NCBI GenBank assembly: GCA_043803465.1
Contig: JAZDKC010000040.1
Coordinates: 1 to 61,931, forward strand
DNA length: 61,931 nucleotides
DNA from: Candidatus Micrarchaeota archaeon
GTDB taxonomy: Archaea; Micrarchaeota; Micrarchaeia; Norongarragalinales; SBBD01
Direction of reading: 5' to 3'
This document shows, in pieces, positions 28,001-35,891 of the stretch. The notes under the pieces are model-generated. The model was given only the letters and a program-made list of their open reading frames with translations. It was not told where the DNA came from and searched no databases. Both the position numbers and the translations under genes were made by a program. Each line of letters opens with the position of its first letter. Positions within the stretch are counted from its first letter, which is position 1.

Positions 28001-28208
28001 TGTAGATATGGTCTGCAAACTCAAAATCAGTCTGGATTGTTGCGGGGTTGCTGTTGACCAGCACGATTTTCACGCCCTCCTCCTTCAGCGCCTTGCAGCA
28101 CTGCGTTCCGGAGTAGTCGAACTCGGCCGCCTGGCCGATGACTATGGGCCCGCTTCCGATGACTAGGACTTTCCGCCCACGCCAATGGCTAGGCTGTTGT
28201 TGCTGCAT
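25047..28208 (-). CDS. carB: Carbamoyl-phosphate synthase large subunit
   Basis: 1053 aa with duplicated ATP-grasp halves (VLVIGSGPIVIGQAAEFDYSGTQ and VIILGSGPIRIGQGIEFDY) and an MGS-like C-terminus. Confidence 0.95.
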   Translation of the reverse strand: MQQQQPSHWRGRKVLVIGSGPIVIGQAAEFDYSGTQCCKALKEEGVKIVLVNSNPATIQTDFEFADHIYIEPLTPETVAKIIEKEKPEGMIATMAGQTGLNLAMQLKGAIKKNRIKLLGTSLETIDLAEDREKFAGLMAKIKEPIPKSERAANLGEAQAALEKIKIPLIIRPDFSLGGSGSAIVRDEADFLPAAENALNLSGTHSCLIEQSVEGMAELEYEVIRDFDDNCITICNMENIDAMGVHTGESAVVAPSQTLTDKEYHLLRRVAIKVVRALNVAGACNIQFALNQQTGEYYIIEVNPRTSRSSALASKATGYPIAWVATKIALGYKLHEIQNKITGKSAAFEPALDYCVVKIPKWPFDKLYAKRTLGTQMKSTGEVMAIGRNFEEALQKAVHSLELKQKIEFDFETDGEMRNYLLPNELRLFAIKDILRLNLMPIGEIASISKINKWFIEKINNIVVKEKELGKMNLSDVRANSMLYSAKQLGFSDNQIAKYAAISTDSVEFIRSQRNISASFKMVDTCASEFAAMTPYYYSTYEQEDESMLLEGKKEKKKVIILGSGPIRIGQGIEFDYATVHAVIALRELGYESIIINSNPETVSTDFDISSKLYFEPLTAECVMNVLAKEGDIEGVVVQFGGQTAINLSLPLEQNGARILGTSVASIDASQNRKKFKALMQKLKIPLVESGLAFSKEEALEIARSISYPLLIRPSYVLGGRAMEVVYGEKQLLRKIDEAIFISGNCAIIMDRFLEDAIEADVDALCDGEHVKIAGIMEQIEEAGIHSGDSSCVIPSIRFSPQALNKIRDYTKKILLELRVIGLANIQMAVKGDDVYVLEVNPRASRTVPYLSKATGTQIAKIAAALQVGKKLKDYFSDFATELIPKHPYFAVKVPVFPFIKFRDVDPILSPEMKSTGEVMGIANSFEEAYLKAQLAAGNNFGDSVFLGSCGKWKKVLSQAFHHAGIKIYDSEKITPIQAINMIRANVISFVVDGLRAHGNNLEEIRKTEEVRKYAIQRKLPVISSYFAALKMAESLAKMKNRKSFEPVSLNELK

Positions 28209-28209
28209 A

Positions 28210-29361
28210 TTATTTCAACATTTTCACGAATTCATCGAAGAGGAAATTCGCATCCCTAGGGCCGCAAGAGCCTTCCGGATGGAATTGGGAGGAGATGATG
28301 GGAAGATCCTTGTGCCTCACACCCTCGTTTGTATTGTCGTTGCAATTTACAAACAGCTCTTCTGCAGCGTTTTTCGGGACATCCTTCACCGCATAGCCGT
28401 GATTCTGGGCGGTGATGTAGATTTTTCCGGTTTTAGGGTTTAGCACCGCATGATTGCTGCCGCGATGCCCGAACTTAAGCTTGTATGTGGCGCCGCCAAG
28501 CGCATGGCCCAGAATCTGGTGGCCCAGGCATATTCCAAGCATGGGCAATTTTGGCACCAGCGTCTTGACGGTTGAAATCGTATCCTTCATCAAAGCGGGG
28601 TCGCCGGGGCCGTTCGAGACAAGGAGACCGTCGGGGCTATTGGCAAGAACTTTTGACGCGGCTGCATCGTAAGGGTGCGCAATGGCCTCGACATTCCTCG
28701 CGTTCAATTCCCTGATGATATTCATTTTCACGCCGCAATCGATCAGCGCGATCCTCTTGTCGATCTTTTCGGGTGAAAATATTTTTTTGTTTTTGAGGCA
28801 CACTTCCGAGACGAAATTGATCGATCCGTAATCGTATTTCCTTATTTTTTGGAGCAATTCGGCGACTTTCTCTTCCAGCGCTTTTTTTGGAATGTTTTTT
28901 TCAAGCGGCGAGATGGCAGCGGGCATGACGCCATATTCGCGCACCTTGCGCACAATCGCACGCGTGTCAACATTGCAAATGCCCGGAACATTGAAAGAGG
29001 CCAAATAATCCGAATAGTTTTGGGTGGCGGAATAGTGCGCATATTTGTTTCCGCTGCAGATTTCCCTTGCGACAACAGCCTTGACCTGCACCTTTCCGGA
29101 TTCAAAGTCGCCCTTATTGATTCCGTAGTTGCCCTGCAGGGGGTAGCTGAAGGTCAGGATTTGGCCTGCATAGGAAGGGTCAGTTAGCGCCTCCTGATAA
29201 CCTGTCATCGATGTGTTGAAAACAAGCTCCCCAGTACAATCGCATTGGGCGCCGAAATGAGTTCCTAAATGGCAGGTGCCGTCGGATAAAACTAGGATGG
29301 AAGTGGGATCAGAAATAGGAGGCCGAAGCGCCGCAGTTTCCGCTAACCGGTAAATTGCCAT
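28210..29361 (-). CDS. carA: Carbamoyl-phosphate synthase small (glutaminase) subunit
   Basis: It has the class-I amidotransferase catalytic block PMLGICLGHQIL and HRGSNH, and lies directly upstream of carB (one-base gap). Confidence 0.95.
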   Translation of the reverse strand: MAIYRLAETAALRPPISDPTSILVLSDGTCHLGTHFGAQCDCTGELVFNTSMTGYQEALTDPSYAGQILTFSYPLQGNYGINKGDFESGKVQVKAVVAREICSGNKYAHYSATQNYSDYLASFNVPGICNVDTRAIVRKVREYGVMPAAISPLEKNIPKKALEEKVAELLQKIRKYDYGSINFVSEVCLKNKKIFSPEKIDKRIALIDCGVKMNIIRELNARNVEAIAHPYDAAASKVLANSPDGLLVSNGPGDPALMKDTISTVKTLVPKLPMLGICLGHQILGHALGGATYKLKFGHRGSNHAVLNPKTGKIYITAQNHGYAVKDVPKNAAEELFVNCNDNTNEGVRHKDLPIISSQFHPEGSCGPRDANFLFDEFVKMLK

Positions 29362-29364
29362 AAA

Positions 29365-29392
29365 GCATTCGGAAGGTAACTATGCCGAATGC
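29365..29392 (-). promoter_or_regulatory. Perfect 8-bp inverted repeat immediately upstream of the carA start codon
   Basis: GCATTCGG-N12-CCGAATGC ends 3 nt before the carA ATG. A T/A-rich box (TTTTTTAAAT on the minus strand) lies just upstream of it. Confidence 0.4.
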
Positions 29393-29581
29393 AATTTAAA
29401 AAACAGAGGGTTAAACTACAAGCAAGTTTTAAGGAAAAAATCGGCAATAAATATGTAAAAGATTTTGATGCTCGGATAACCAGTAAAAAGCGGGAAAAAC
29501 CAATAAGCCGCGATTGCACGCGCCAGCAGCCCTTTTAGCATGCTGTGAAACGTTTTTATATTCCCAAGCAATAATACGCAC

Positions 29582-30229
29582 ATGCAATTCTGGGACGAAG
29601 TGCTCAAGCTTCTGGCAAAGGTATTCCGGGTAGTCAACAACAGCCTGTCCATGAGCCTGACAATTGCGATTGGCTCGCCTTTTTCAGTCTACCTGTTCCG
29701 GGATTCGCTTTCCTCCCCGACTGTCGAGCACCAATTTGCCGTTACGGTAATCGTTGTGCTGCTTCCATTCCTGCTATACAAAGCGCTATTGTACACGCTG
29801 CTGGCTACTTTTGATTGCATCCTGACCCTCACCACGGACTACAATAAAATATACGATGTGGACATGGAAAAGGTGCGTGCAAGGGTCACGAAAGTGATGG
29901 TGGAGCGGAAAGTGAGCTACCAATCGCTGGAGACGATCGCACTTGGCCTGGAGAGGGAATTGCTCAAATGGGTGCGGAAAATCTTCCACCTCAGGTATCC
30001 CCTGATCTATGTCGCAACGGAAAGGCCATTCGTGGTGGTGAAGATATTCCGGGCAATTGGATCGCCAAAAGTGGCAAACCTGATGAAGCAGGTGGAAAAC
30101 AAGGAGAGGGTGGGGGTGCGCATCTTCACTGAGGAGGAAAACGATGCCAAGGTGCTTGCCAAAGTAATCATCAATTCGCTGGAGTTCCTGAACAAGGAGG
30201 AAACGACGGAAAACGAGGAATCTGAATAA
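29582..30229 (+). CDS. Hypothetical membrane protein, paralog A
   Basis: 215 aa with an N-terminal hydrophobic helices region and a ~120-aa soluble domain. It is clearly related to the next gene (..MEKVRARVTKVMVERKVSY.. vs ..FERAKARVSRLYIDKGIPY..; ..RPFVVVKIF.. vs ..TPFVVARIY..; ..VIINSLEFL.. vs ..LIIASLQAL..). Confidence 0.6.
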   Translation: MQFWDEVLKLLAKVFRVVNNSLSMSLTIAIGSPFSVYLFRDSLSSPTVEHQFAVTVIVVLLPFLLYKALLYTLLATFDCILTLTTDYNKIYDVDMEKVRARVTKVMVERKVSYQSLETIALGLERELLKWVRKIFHLRYPLIYVATERPFVVVKIFRAIGSPKVANLMKQVENKERVGVRIFTEEENDAKVLAKVIINSLEFLNKEETTENEESE

Positions 30230-30278
30230 GGGATAAAATCCGCCAAGAAGTCGGAAATGAGGGTTAGGGGGGGCCACT

Positions 30279-31022
30279 ATGATCGGAAAAATCGTCAAAT
30301 TCACCACAAAGTCCATAAAATTGCTCAATCAGCGCGTTTTCACGGCAATTTTGTTCCTCATCGGCATTGCCGCATCGGTCTACATCTTCCCCACCCTGGC
30401 CACCGAAGGGGTCACAAAAAGGGAGGCTGCCGGCATTATTCTGCTGGTGATTTTGCCATACCTCATAGCGAAGGGGATTATCCTGATCATGCTCCTATTC
30501 CTGGATATCACGATCAATTTCTCAGCGAAGAGCACATATATTTACAAGATGAATTTCGAGCGTGCAAAGGCGCGCGTATCCAGATTATACATCGATAAGG
30601 GCATTCCATACGTATTGATGGATAATTTCGAATTCGGGATAGAAAAATACCTCGTCGTAGTGATGCAAAAATACCTTACGGGCACCAAATTCAACTATCC
30701 CGTAAATGTCATCAGCAGCACTCCGTTTGTGGTCGCACGCATTTATGATATGAAAAACGGAACCGTGCAGGCAAAGGTGCTTTACGAGGAGGAGAGGGAA
30801 GCGGAAGTGATGGGCAGGCTTATCATTGCTTCATTGCAGGCATTGGAATCGGAGGAAAAGGAGCGTGTGCCATCCGCAGAAACCACTTTTTCAGCGGGCG
30901 CAATCAAGCTCGCCCCGGCAAAACCGCAGGATGCGGCCGTGCAAATAGACATACCAGGCAAGGGCGCCCCAAAACCAATTGGCCTGATGGAAAAGCTCAA
31001 ATTCAAGAAGAAGAAAAAGTAA
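30279..31022 (+). CDS. Hypothetical membrane protein, paralog B
   Basis: 247 aa, same architecture as 29582..30229, with a Lys-rich C-terminal tail. Confidence 0.6.
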   Translation: MIGKIVKFTTKSIKLLNQRVFTAILFLIGIAASVYIFPTLATEGVTKREAAGIILLVILPYLIAKGIILIMLLFLDITINFSAKSTYIYKMNFERAKARVSRLYIDKGIPYVLMDNFEFGIEKYLVVVMQKYLTGTKFNYPVNVISSTPFVVARIYDMKNGTVQAKVLYEEEREAEVMGRLIIASLQALESEEKERVPSAETTFSAGAIKLAPAKPQDAAVQIDIPGKGAPKPIGLMEKLKFKKKKK

Positions 31023-31138
31023 CCTAAAATTTTAGGAATCCGGACTGATTTTTTGGTTTTATCCATTAGAAACCTTTTTATTGTTTTTCGTGTTAATTAC
31101 CACTATCAAGTTATATCAATTCCTACGAGGGATTCCTT

Positions 31139-33562
31139 ATGAAAATTGGTTTGCAAAATGTTCCGGGTATTTTTGTCGCGTTAATCGCATTTGCGTTGCT
31201 GATTAATTCCGCAAATGCGCTCACGCTCGTGCCCGAAAGCACTTCGATCACAAGCTGCATTTGCGAAACCAATTTGGTAAAGCTCGTTGCATCCAACCCC
31301 GCGGACTCAACCGAATCCGTATTGATGGCCGCCTCAGGTGCAAAGCCCTGGGTGATCCCCGGCCCGAAGGAATATAATTTATTGCCGCGCTCCTCAAAAG
31401 AGGTCACCGCGTTCGTGACTCCGGACTGCTTTGCCGTTCCCGGAAAATACGAAGTTGCGGTCACCGCAAAATCCGCCACCAGTTCTGCAACAGCAAAAAT
31501 CGGCGTGGAAGTTTTTGCATGCGTGCAATTGCCAAAGGAGCAATCGCTCAGCTTGTGCAGGGGCGAGCTGATCAATTCAAAGCTCGGGATTAGGAATATC
31601 GCAAGGGATGAGGGCAGGTCGTATGTGCTGTCCGTTTCATCAAAAAATGCGAATCCGAATGCGATCACCATTTCACCGAAAATTTACGTGGATGTCAATT
31701 CCGAAAAGCAGCTTGATTTTTCAATTGACGGAACTAACCTGGATGTGGGCAGCTACAATTTCGAAATCAAGGCGCAGGCGCTTTATGAGGCGACAAATGT
31801 TCCGACAACCGACATCGGCACCATGAATTTGATGGTGGAGGTCAAGAACTGCGAATCATTCGATTTGCAGGTGCCAGATACGATCGATGTGTGCGCGGGC
31901 GTTCCGACAATTTACAAGGCAAAGCTGGTGAACAAGGGCGCACCATCCGACGTGAAACTTTCATCCGATGCAAGCTATATTGCAATTAAGCCGGCAGCAG
32001 GAACACTCCATTACGGCGAAACCGCGGATGTGGAGCTGACGGTGAATGCACCGAAGGGGGAATATGCGGCAAAAATTTCCGCAAAATCGGATTTGAAAAG
32101 CGTCGAGAAGAATGTGAAGATCGTGTCGCGCGAGTGCTTTGGGGTTGAAATGCTAATGCAAGCGGACAAAGTCATCTGCTCCGAATACGGCGGGGAATAC
32201 GACCTGCTTTTGAAGAATCGGGAAACCCCCGCGGATTATGCGCTTTCAGTCGGCGGCATCGAGGGCGCAATGCTCTCGAAGGAAAAAATCACACTGGGCA
32301 AATCCGAAACCGGCAGCGCGAAGTTCACAATTCCAAAGGATGTTGCAAGCGGAACTTATTCTGCAACCTTGACGGCGGCATCAAAGGATGCGAAGGATGC
32401 GATCACAAAGGAATTCTCAATCCAGAAATGCTTTGATTTCAGGCTGGTTGGCCCAAGCTTGGAACTCTGCCCCTGCGAGGATGCGACTTTCAATTATGAG
32501 CTGATCAATTTCGGGATCAAGGACGACACATTCTCGCTTGTGAGCAAATCGGATTACCTCCAATTGAAGGAAACAAGTGTTGCCGTCAGGAGCAAGGACA
32601 AGGTGAAACTGTCCGCAACTGTTTCAACATGCAAGCTTGACAGCGGCAAATACAACGCGGTGATTTCCGCAAAATCGGATTCATATTCCTCAGCGCAAGA
32701 CAGCCTGAAGATCGATCTGGTTGTGAAGAGCAAGGAGCAATGCTATGGGATCGAGCTTTTGCCCGCGTCCACAAAAATTATTTCCGAGTGCGGGATCAAG
32801 AGCATGAGTGTGATGGTAATCAACAAGGGGACAAAGGAAGCGGCAATTTCGCTTTCTGCAACGGAGGGTTCGAAAGTGACCCCGGACAGCCTGCTTTTGG
32901 AGCCTGCTCAGAGCAAGGAGGTGTTCATAGTTGTTTTCCCCTCGCCATCAAGATGCGGAACGACCTTTAGTGTCAACATGAAGGCGGAGAGCAAAGGGAT
33001 CGTTGCAACCAAGCAATTTTCAGTCGAGATGGCGCCCGAAGAGAAGGCATCGCCAACTCCAATGATCACCGCAACCCCAAAACCGGCCTCGTCAGCCACA
33101 CCTGCACCAACAGGCGAGCAAGAGGAATTGCAGGCACTGATCAATTACTCGAATGAAACACTCTCGATTAGATCCGCTCCGGGCACCAGTATTGTCATTT
33201 CCGGAGAAGGCCAGCAGACAATGGAAAAGCAAACCGATAATGCCGGCCAGTTTGAGACCAAGCTTGGCGCAGGCACGTTCCTTGTGACCCTTTCGCGTGC
33301 CGGGTATAAGCCAGTGACCTTGCAGGTGAATGTGACTGGAAACCAGTCCGGAATTGGTGAAGGGCCTGCTGCTGGAAACCTCGGATCCATCCCGCTTCTG
33401 CTCGTGGCATTCCTGATAATTGTCGCAGCACTTTATTTTGTGCTAAAGCGCGGCGACAAGGAGGAGCCTGAGGGGGATGAAGAGGACGAGGACGAATCCA
33501 AGGAAGAAGAGGAAATCGAGGAAGTGAAGCCGAAGAGAGGCAGAAGGAGGAAGAAAAGCTAA
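31139..33562 (+). CDS. Large secreted repeat-domain surface protein with C-terminal TM anchor
   Basis: It has a Sec-type signal peptide (IFVALIAFALLINSANA) and about 6 repeats of a ~100-aa beta-sandwich unit with conserved Cys (CARDB/S-layer-duplication style). A Pro/Thr linker, a C-terminal TM helix (IPLLLVAFLIIVAALYFVL) and a highly charged tail follow. Confidence 0.8.
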   Translation: MKIGLQNVPGIFVALIAFALLINSANALTLVPESTSITSCICETNLVKLVASNPADSTESVLMAASGAKPWVIPGPKEYNLLPRSSKEVTAFVTPDCFAVPGKYEVAVTAKSATSSATAKIGVEVFACVQLPKEQSLSLCRGELINSKLGIRNIARDEGRSYVLSVSSKNANPNAITISPKIYVDVNSEKQLDFSIDGTNLDVGSYNFEIKAQALYEATNVPTTDIGTMNLMVEVKNCESFDLQVPDTIDVCAGVPTIYKAKLVNKGAPSDVKLSSDASYIAIKPAAGTLHYGETADVELTVNAPKGEYAAKISAKSDLKSVEKNVKIVSRECFGVEMLMQADKVICSEYGGEYDLLLKNRETPADYALSVGGIEGAMLSKEKITLGKSETGSAKFTIPKDVASGTYSATLTAASKDAKDAITKEFSIQKCFDFRLVGPSLELCPCEDATFNYELINFGIKDDTFSLVSKSDYLQLKETSVAVRSKDKVKLSATVSTCKLDSGKYNAVISAKSDSYSSAQDSLKIDLVVKSKEQCYGIELLPASTKIISECGIKSMSVMVINKGTKEAAISLSATEGSKVTPDSLLLEPAQSKEVFIVVFPSPSRCGTTFSVNMKAESKGIVATKQFSVEMAPEEKASPTPMITATPKPASSATPAPTGEQEELQALINYSNETLSIRSAPGTSIVISGEGQQTMEKQTDNAGQFETKLGAGTFLVTLSRAGYKPVTLQVNVTGNQSGIGEGPAAGNLGSIPLLLVAFLIIVAALYFVLKRGDKEEPEGDEEDEDESKEEEEIEEVKPKRGRRRKKS

Positions 33563-33617
33563 ATTCCTTTTTTTATATTTTTAAAAAGTCTAATAGTCGT
33601 GGAGGCAGCAATAGCGA

Positions 33618-35018
33618 GTGCTTCCCATGGAAGAGATAGGCTGGAAAGTGGACAGTTCTGCCAGGACAGCTTATTTCATAGCTGAAAATTTCGACCTTTC
33701 ACATGAGGAGCAAAAGCTGTATTCCGCACTAATCAACGAATTGAAGGAAAATGCACAGAAAGATGCGAAATCATCCAATAATTCAGCCGGCCAATGCCAT
33801 GAGCTGCTAAAGCGCATATGCGACAGGAAACACATGATGCTCCGGATGGATCGCGCCAGGGTGCTGGAGAAAATCGCTTGCATGAACATCGCAGGTTTTG
33901 GGGTGTTCGATTTGCTGCTTGCGGATGATTCACTCGAGGAGATCGCTGCAACCGGCCTGAATCGTTCCATCAGGGTGTATTCGAGGGGGAAAGGATGGCT
34001 GGAGTCGAATTGCACAGTCACCTCGAAGGAGTTCGCGGCCAACACAATCAATAAAATGGCGCGCGCATTGGGGAGAAGGATCACCTACCGCTCTCCGCTT
34101 TTGAATGCGCAGCTTCCGGATGGCTCCAGGCTGCATGCAACGGTTTCGCCGGTAAATGGAAACGAATTCGAAATAACAATACGGAAATTCTCGAAAAGCC
34201 CGCTTTGCATCCTCGATTTGGTCAAAAACAGGACGATTAACGCGGATGGGGCTGCTTTCCTTTGGCTGGCTGCATTCGCGGACATCTCGATATTGATTGC
34301 GGGCAATACGGGAAGCGGCAAAACCACTTTGCTCAATGCGCTCTTTTCCTTTGTGCCGCTTGATGAACGGATCATCGTCGCCGAGGAAACCCCTGAGATT
34401 TCAATTCTGCATAAACATCGGGTAAATCTGGTTTCGAATGAGCCATTGGGAATTTCGATGGCGGATCTGGTGCAGAATTCGCTTCGGATGCGGCCGGATA
34501 GGGTGATAATCGGGGAGGTGAGGACGCCCGGGGAGGTGTCCGCGCTGTTCGAGTCGTTGAGAGCCGGGCAGGCAAAGGGCAGCTTTGCGACCTTCCATGC
34601 GCAAAATTCGCGGGAAGTGGTCAGCAGGCTTGGGGGATTTGGGATTAATCCGCAGGATTTGGGCGCAGTCGATATAATAGTGGTGCTGCGGAGGATTTCC
34701 ATTTACGACCCGAAAAGAAAGCAAAAGGCGGAAATCCGAAGGGTGACGGAAATATCTGAAATTTCAGAAAGCGGGAAACCCAACATATTGTTCGAATATA
34801 ATGCGGGGCCGGATGCTCTGGAAATGGACGAGAATGCACTCGGGAAAAGCAAGATTTTGGGGAAAATTGGCGGAAATTACAAAATGGATCGGAATGAACT
34901 GCTAAATGAGCTTGAAAAACGGAAAAAAATGCTGGAAAGGATGGATTTTGGCGGAAATAATGCGGATTACGCGAAATTCACCGAATTGATCCAGAATGAG
35001 ATGTTTGGATGGAAATAA
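33618..35018 (+). CDS. Type II/IV secretion-family ATPase (FlaI/ArlI, VirB11, TadA-like)
   Basis: Walker A GNTGSGKTT, Asp box AEETPEI, Walker B DRVIIGEVR and His box ATFHA are present. 466 aa. Confidence 0.9.
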   Translation: MLPMEEIGWKVDSSARTAYFIAENFDLSHEEQKLYSALINELKENAQKDAKSSNNSAGQCHELLKRICDRKHMMLRMDRARVLEKIACMNIAGFGVFDLLLADDSLEEIAATGLNRSIRVYSRGKGWLESNCTVTSKEFAANTINKMARALGRRITYRSPLLNAQLPDGSRLHATVSPVNGNEFEITIRKFSKSPLCILDLVKNRTINADGAAFLWLAAFADISILIAGNTGSGKTTLLNALFSFVPLDERIIVAEETPEISILHKHRVNLVSNEPLGISMADLVQNSLRMRPDRVIIGEVRTPGEVSALFESLRAGQAKGSFATFHAQNSREVVSRLGGFGINPQDLGAVDIIVVLRRISIYDPKRKQKAEIRRVTEISEISESGKPNILFEYNAGPDALEMDENALGKSKILGKIGGNYKMDRNELLNELEKRKKMLERMDFGGNNADYAKFTELIQNEMFGWK

Positions 35019-35064
35019 TGCGGATTATGCCGGATTGATGCAAAACGGGATGTTCGGGAAATGA
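35011..35064 (+). repeat. Degenerate tandem copy of the ATPase 3' end (+1 frame)
   Basis: GGAAATAATGCGGATTA(C/T)GC occurs at 34953 and again at 35011. The second copy encodes GNNADYAGLMQNGMFGK-stop versus GNNADYAKFTELIQNEMFGWK-stop in the gene. Its TGA overlaps the ATG of the next gene (AAATGA). Confidence 0.7.
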
Positions 35065-35411
35065 AACAAAATAAGGCCATTAGTATAATCTTGGTGGAAG
35101 AGGCAACATTACGGCTTGACGAAATTGAAAAAAACGAGAGCTCAGAATATAAAAAGGTGCTAAAATCCGTATTCAATGCGATTGAGCGATTGAAAACCGA
35201 TCCCGTCTTTGGAATCCATATTCCCCATGCTTACTTTCCGAAAAAATATCTCGATAAATACGATGTCAATAATTTATGGAAAGTGAACCTAATTGGATTC
35301 CGGAGACTGCTCTATACGCTTCAAACGTCCAGCATCCAAATCAAGGTCGTAATATTGGATATCATAAGCCACGAGGAATATGACCGGATTTTCGGGTACC
35401 GGAAACGGTAA
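35061..35411 (+). CDS. RelE/ParE-superfamily toxin-like protein
   Basis: 116 aa. The C-terminal pattern NLWKVNLIGFRRLLYTL...IKVVILDIISHEEYDRIF resembles the LWK.R.GDYR.IY....I.I..I.H core of RelE/ParE toxins. Confidence 0.55.
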   Translation: MKQNKAISIILVEEATLRLDEIEKNESSEYKKVLKSVFNAIERLKTDPVFGIHIPHAYFPKKYLDKYDVNNLWKVNLIGFRRLLYTLQTSSIQIKVVILDIISHEEYDRIFGYRKR

Positions 35412-35687
35412 TTAGGAAATAGCCCTTCCTTGCTTTACCGCATCCTCCAACTTCTGGCTTGGGTTAAACGTCCAGATTATCCCTTTCCGAGTATCGAGAA
35501 TGCATCCCTTTCCCGATAAGTAGTCGAGAATCAGGTTCAGTGTCTGGTGCATGATTTTTTTCGGCAATCTTTCCTTCAACTCCGTCCTTGAAAGCGGCTT
35601 ATCAGCCTTTTTTAACTGTTCCTCCACCATTAGAATGGTTTTTAGATTCGGGTAATGTAGTGCGACTTGCACCTGCCGCGTATGCAT
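35412..35687 (-). CDS. Small winged-helix DNA-binding protein (putative)
   Basis: 91 aa. LSRTELKERLPKKIMHQTLNLILDYLSGKGCILDTRKGIIWTF fits helix-turn-helix plus a beta-wing. It is convergent with, and abuts, the toxin-like gene. Confidence 0.5.
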   Translation of the reverse strand: MHTRQVQVALHYPNLKTILMVEEQLKKADKPLSRTELKERLPKKIMHQTLNLILDYLSGKGCILDTRKGIIWTFNPSQKLEDAVKQGRAIS

Positions 35688-35891
35688 AAGAACACCTAGT
35701 TATATATAAGTATATAATAAAATATATAAATGTATCTATTTTTATCATCCAAATAGTAGTTCAAGGTATTTTGGGGATTAAAAATAAGGGAAAAAATCGC
35801 TGCTTTAAAGCGAAGAATAGTAGCAGTTCCAGCACCCCAAACTAGTAGGATATAGAAAAAAAGATAAAAAAAATAAAAAAAGAGGGGGAAC

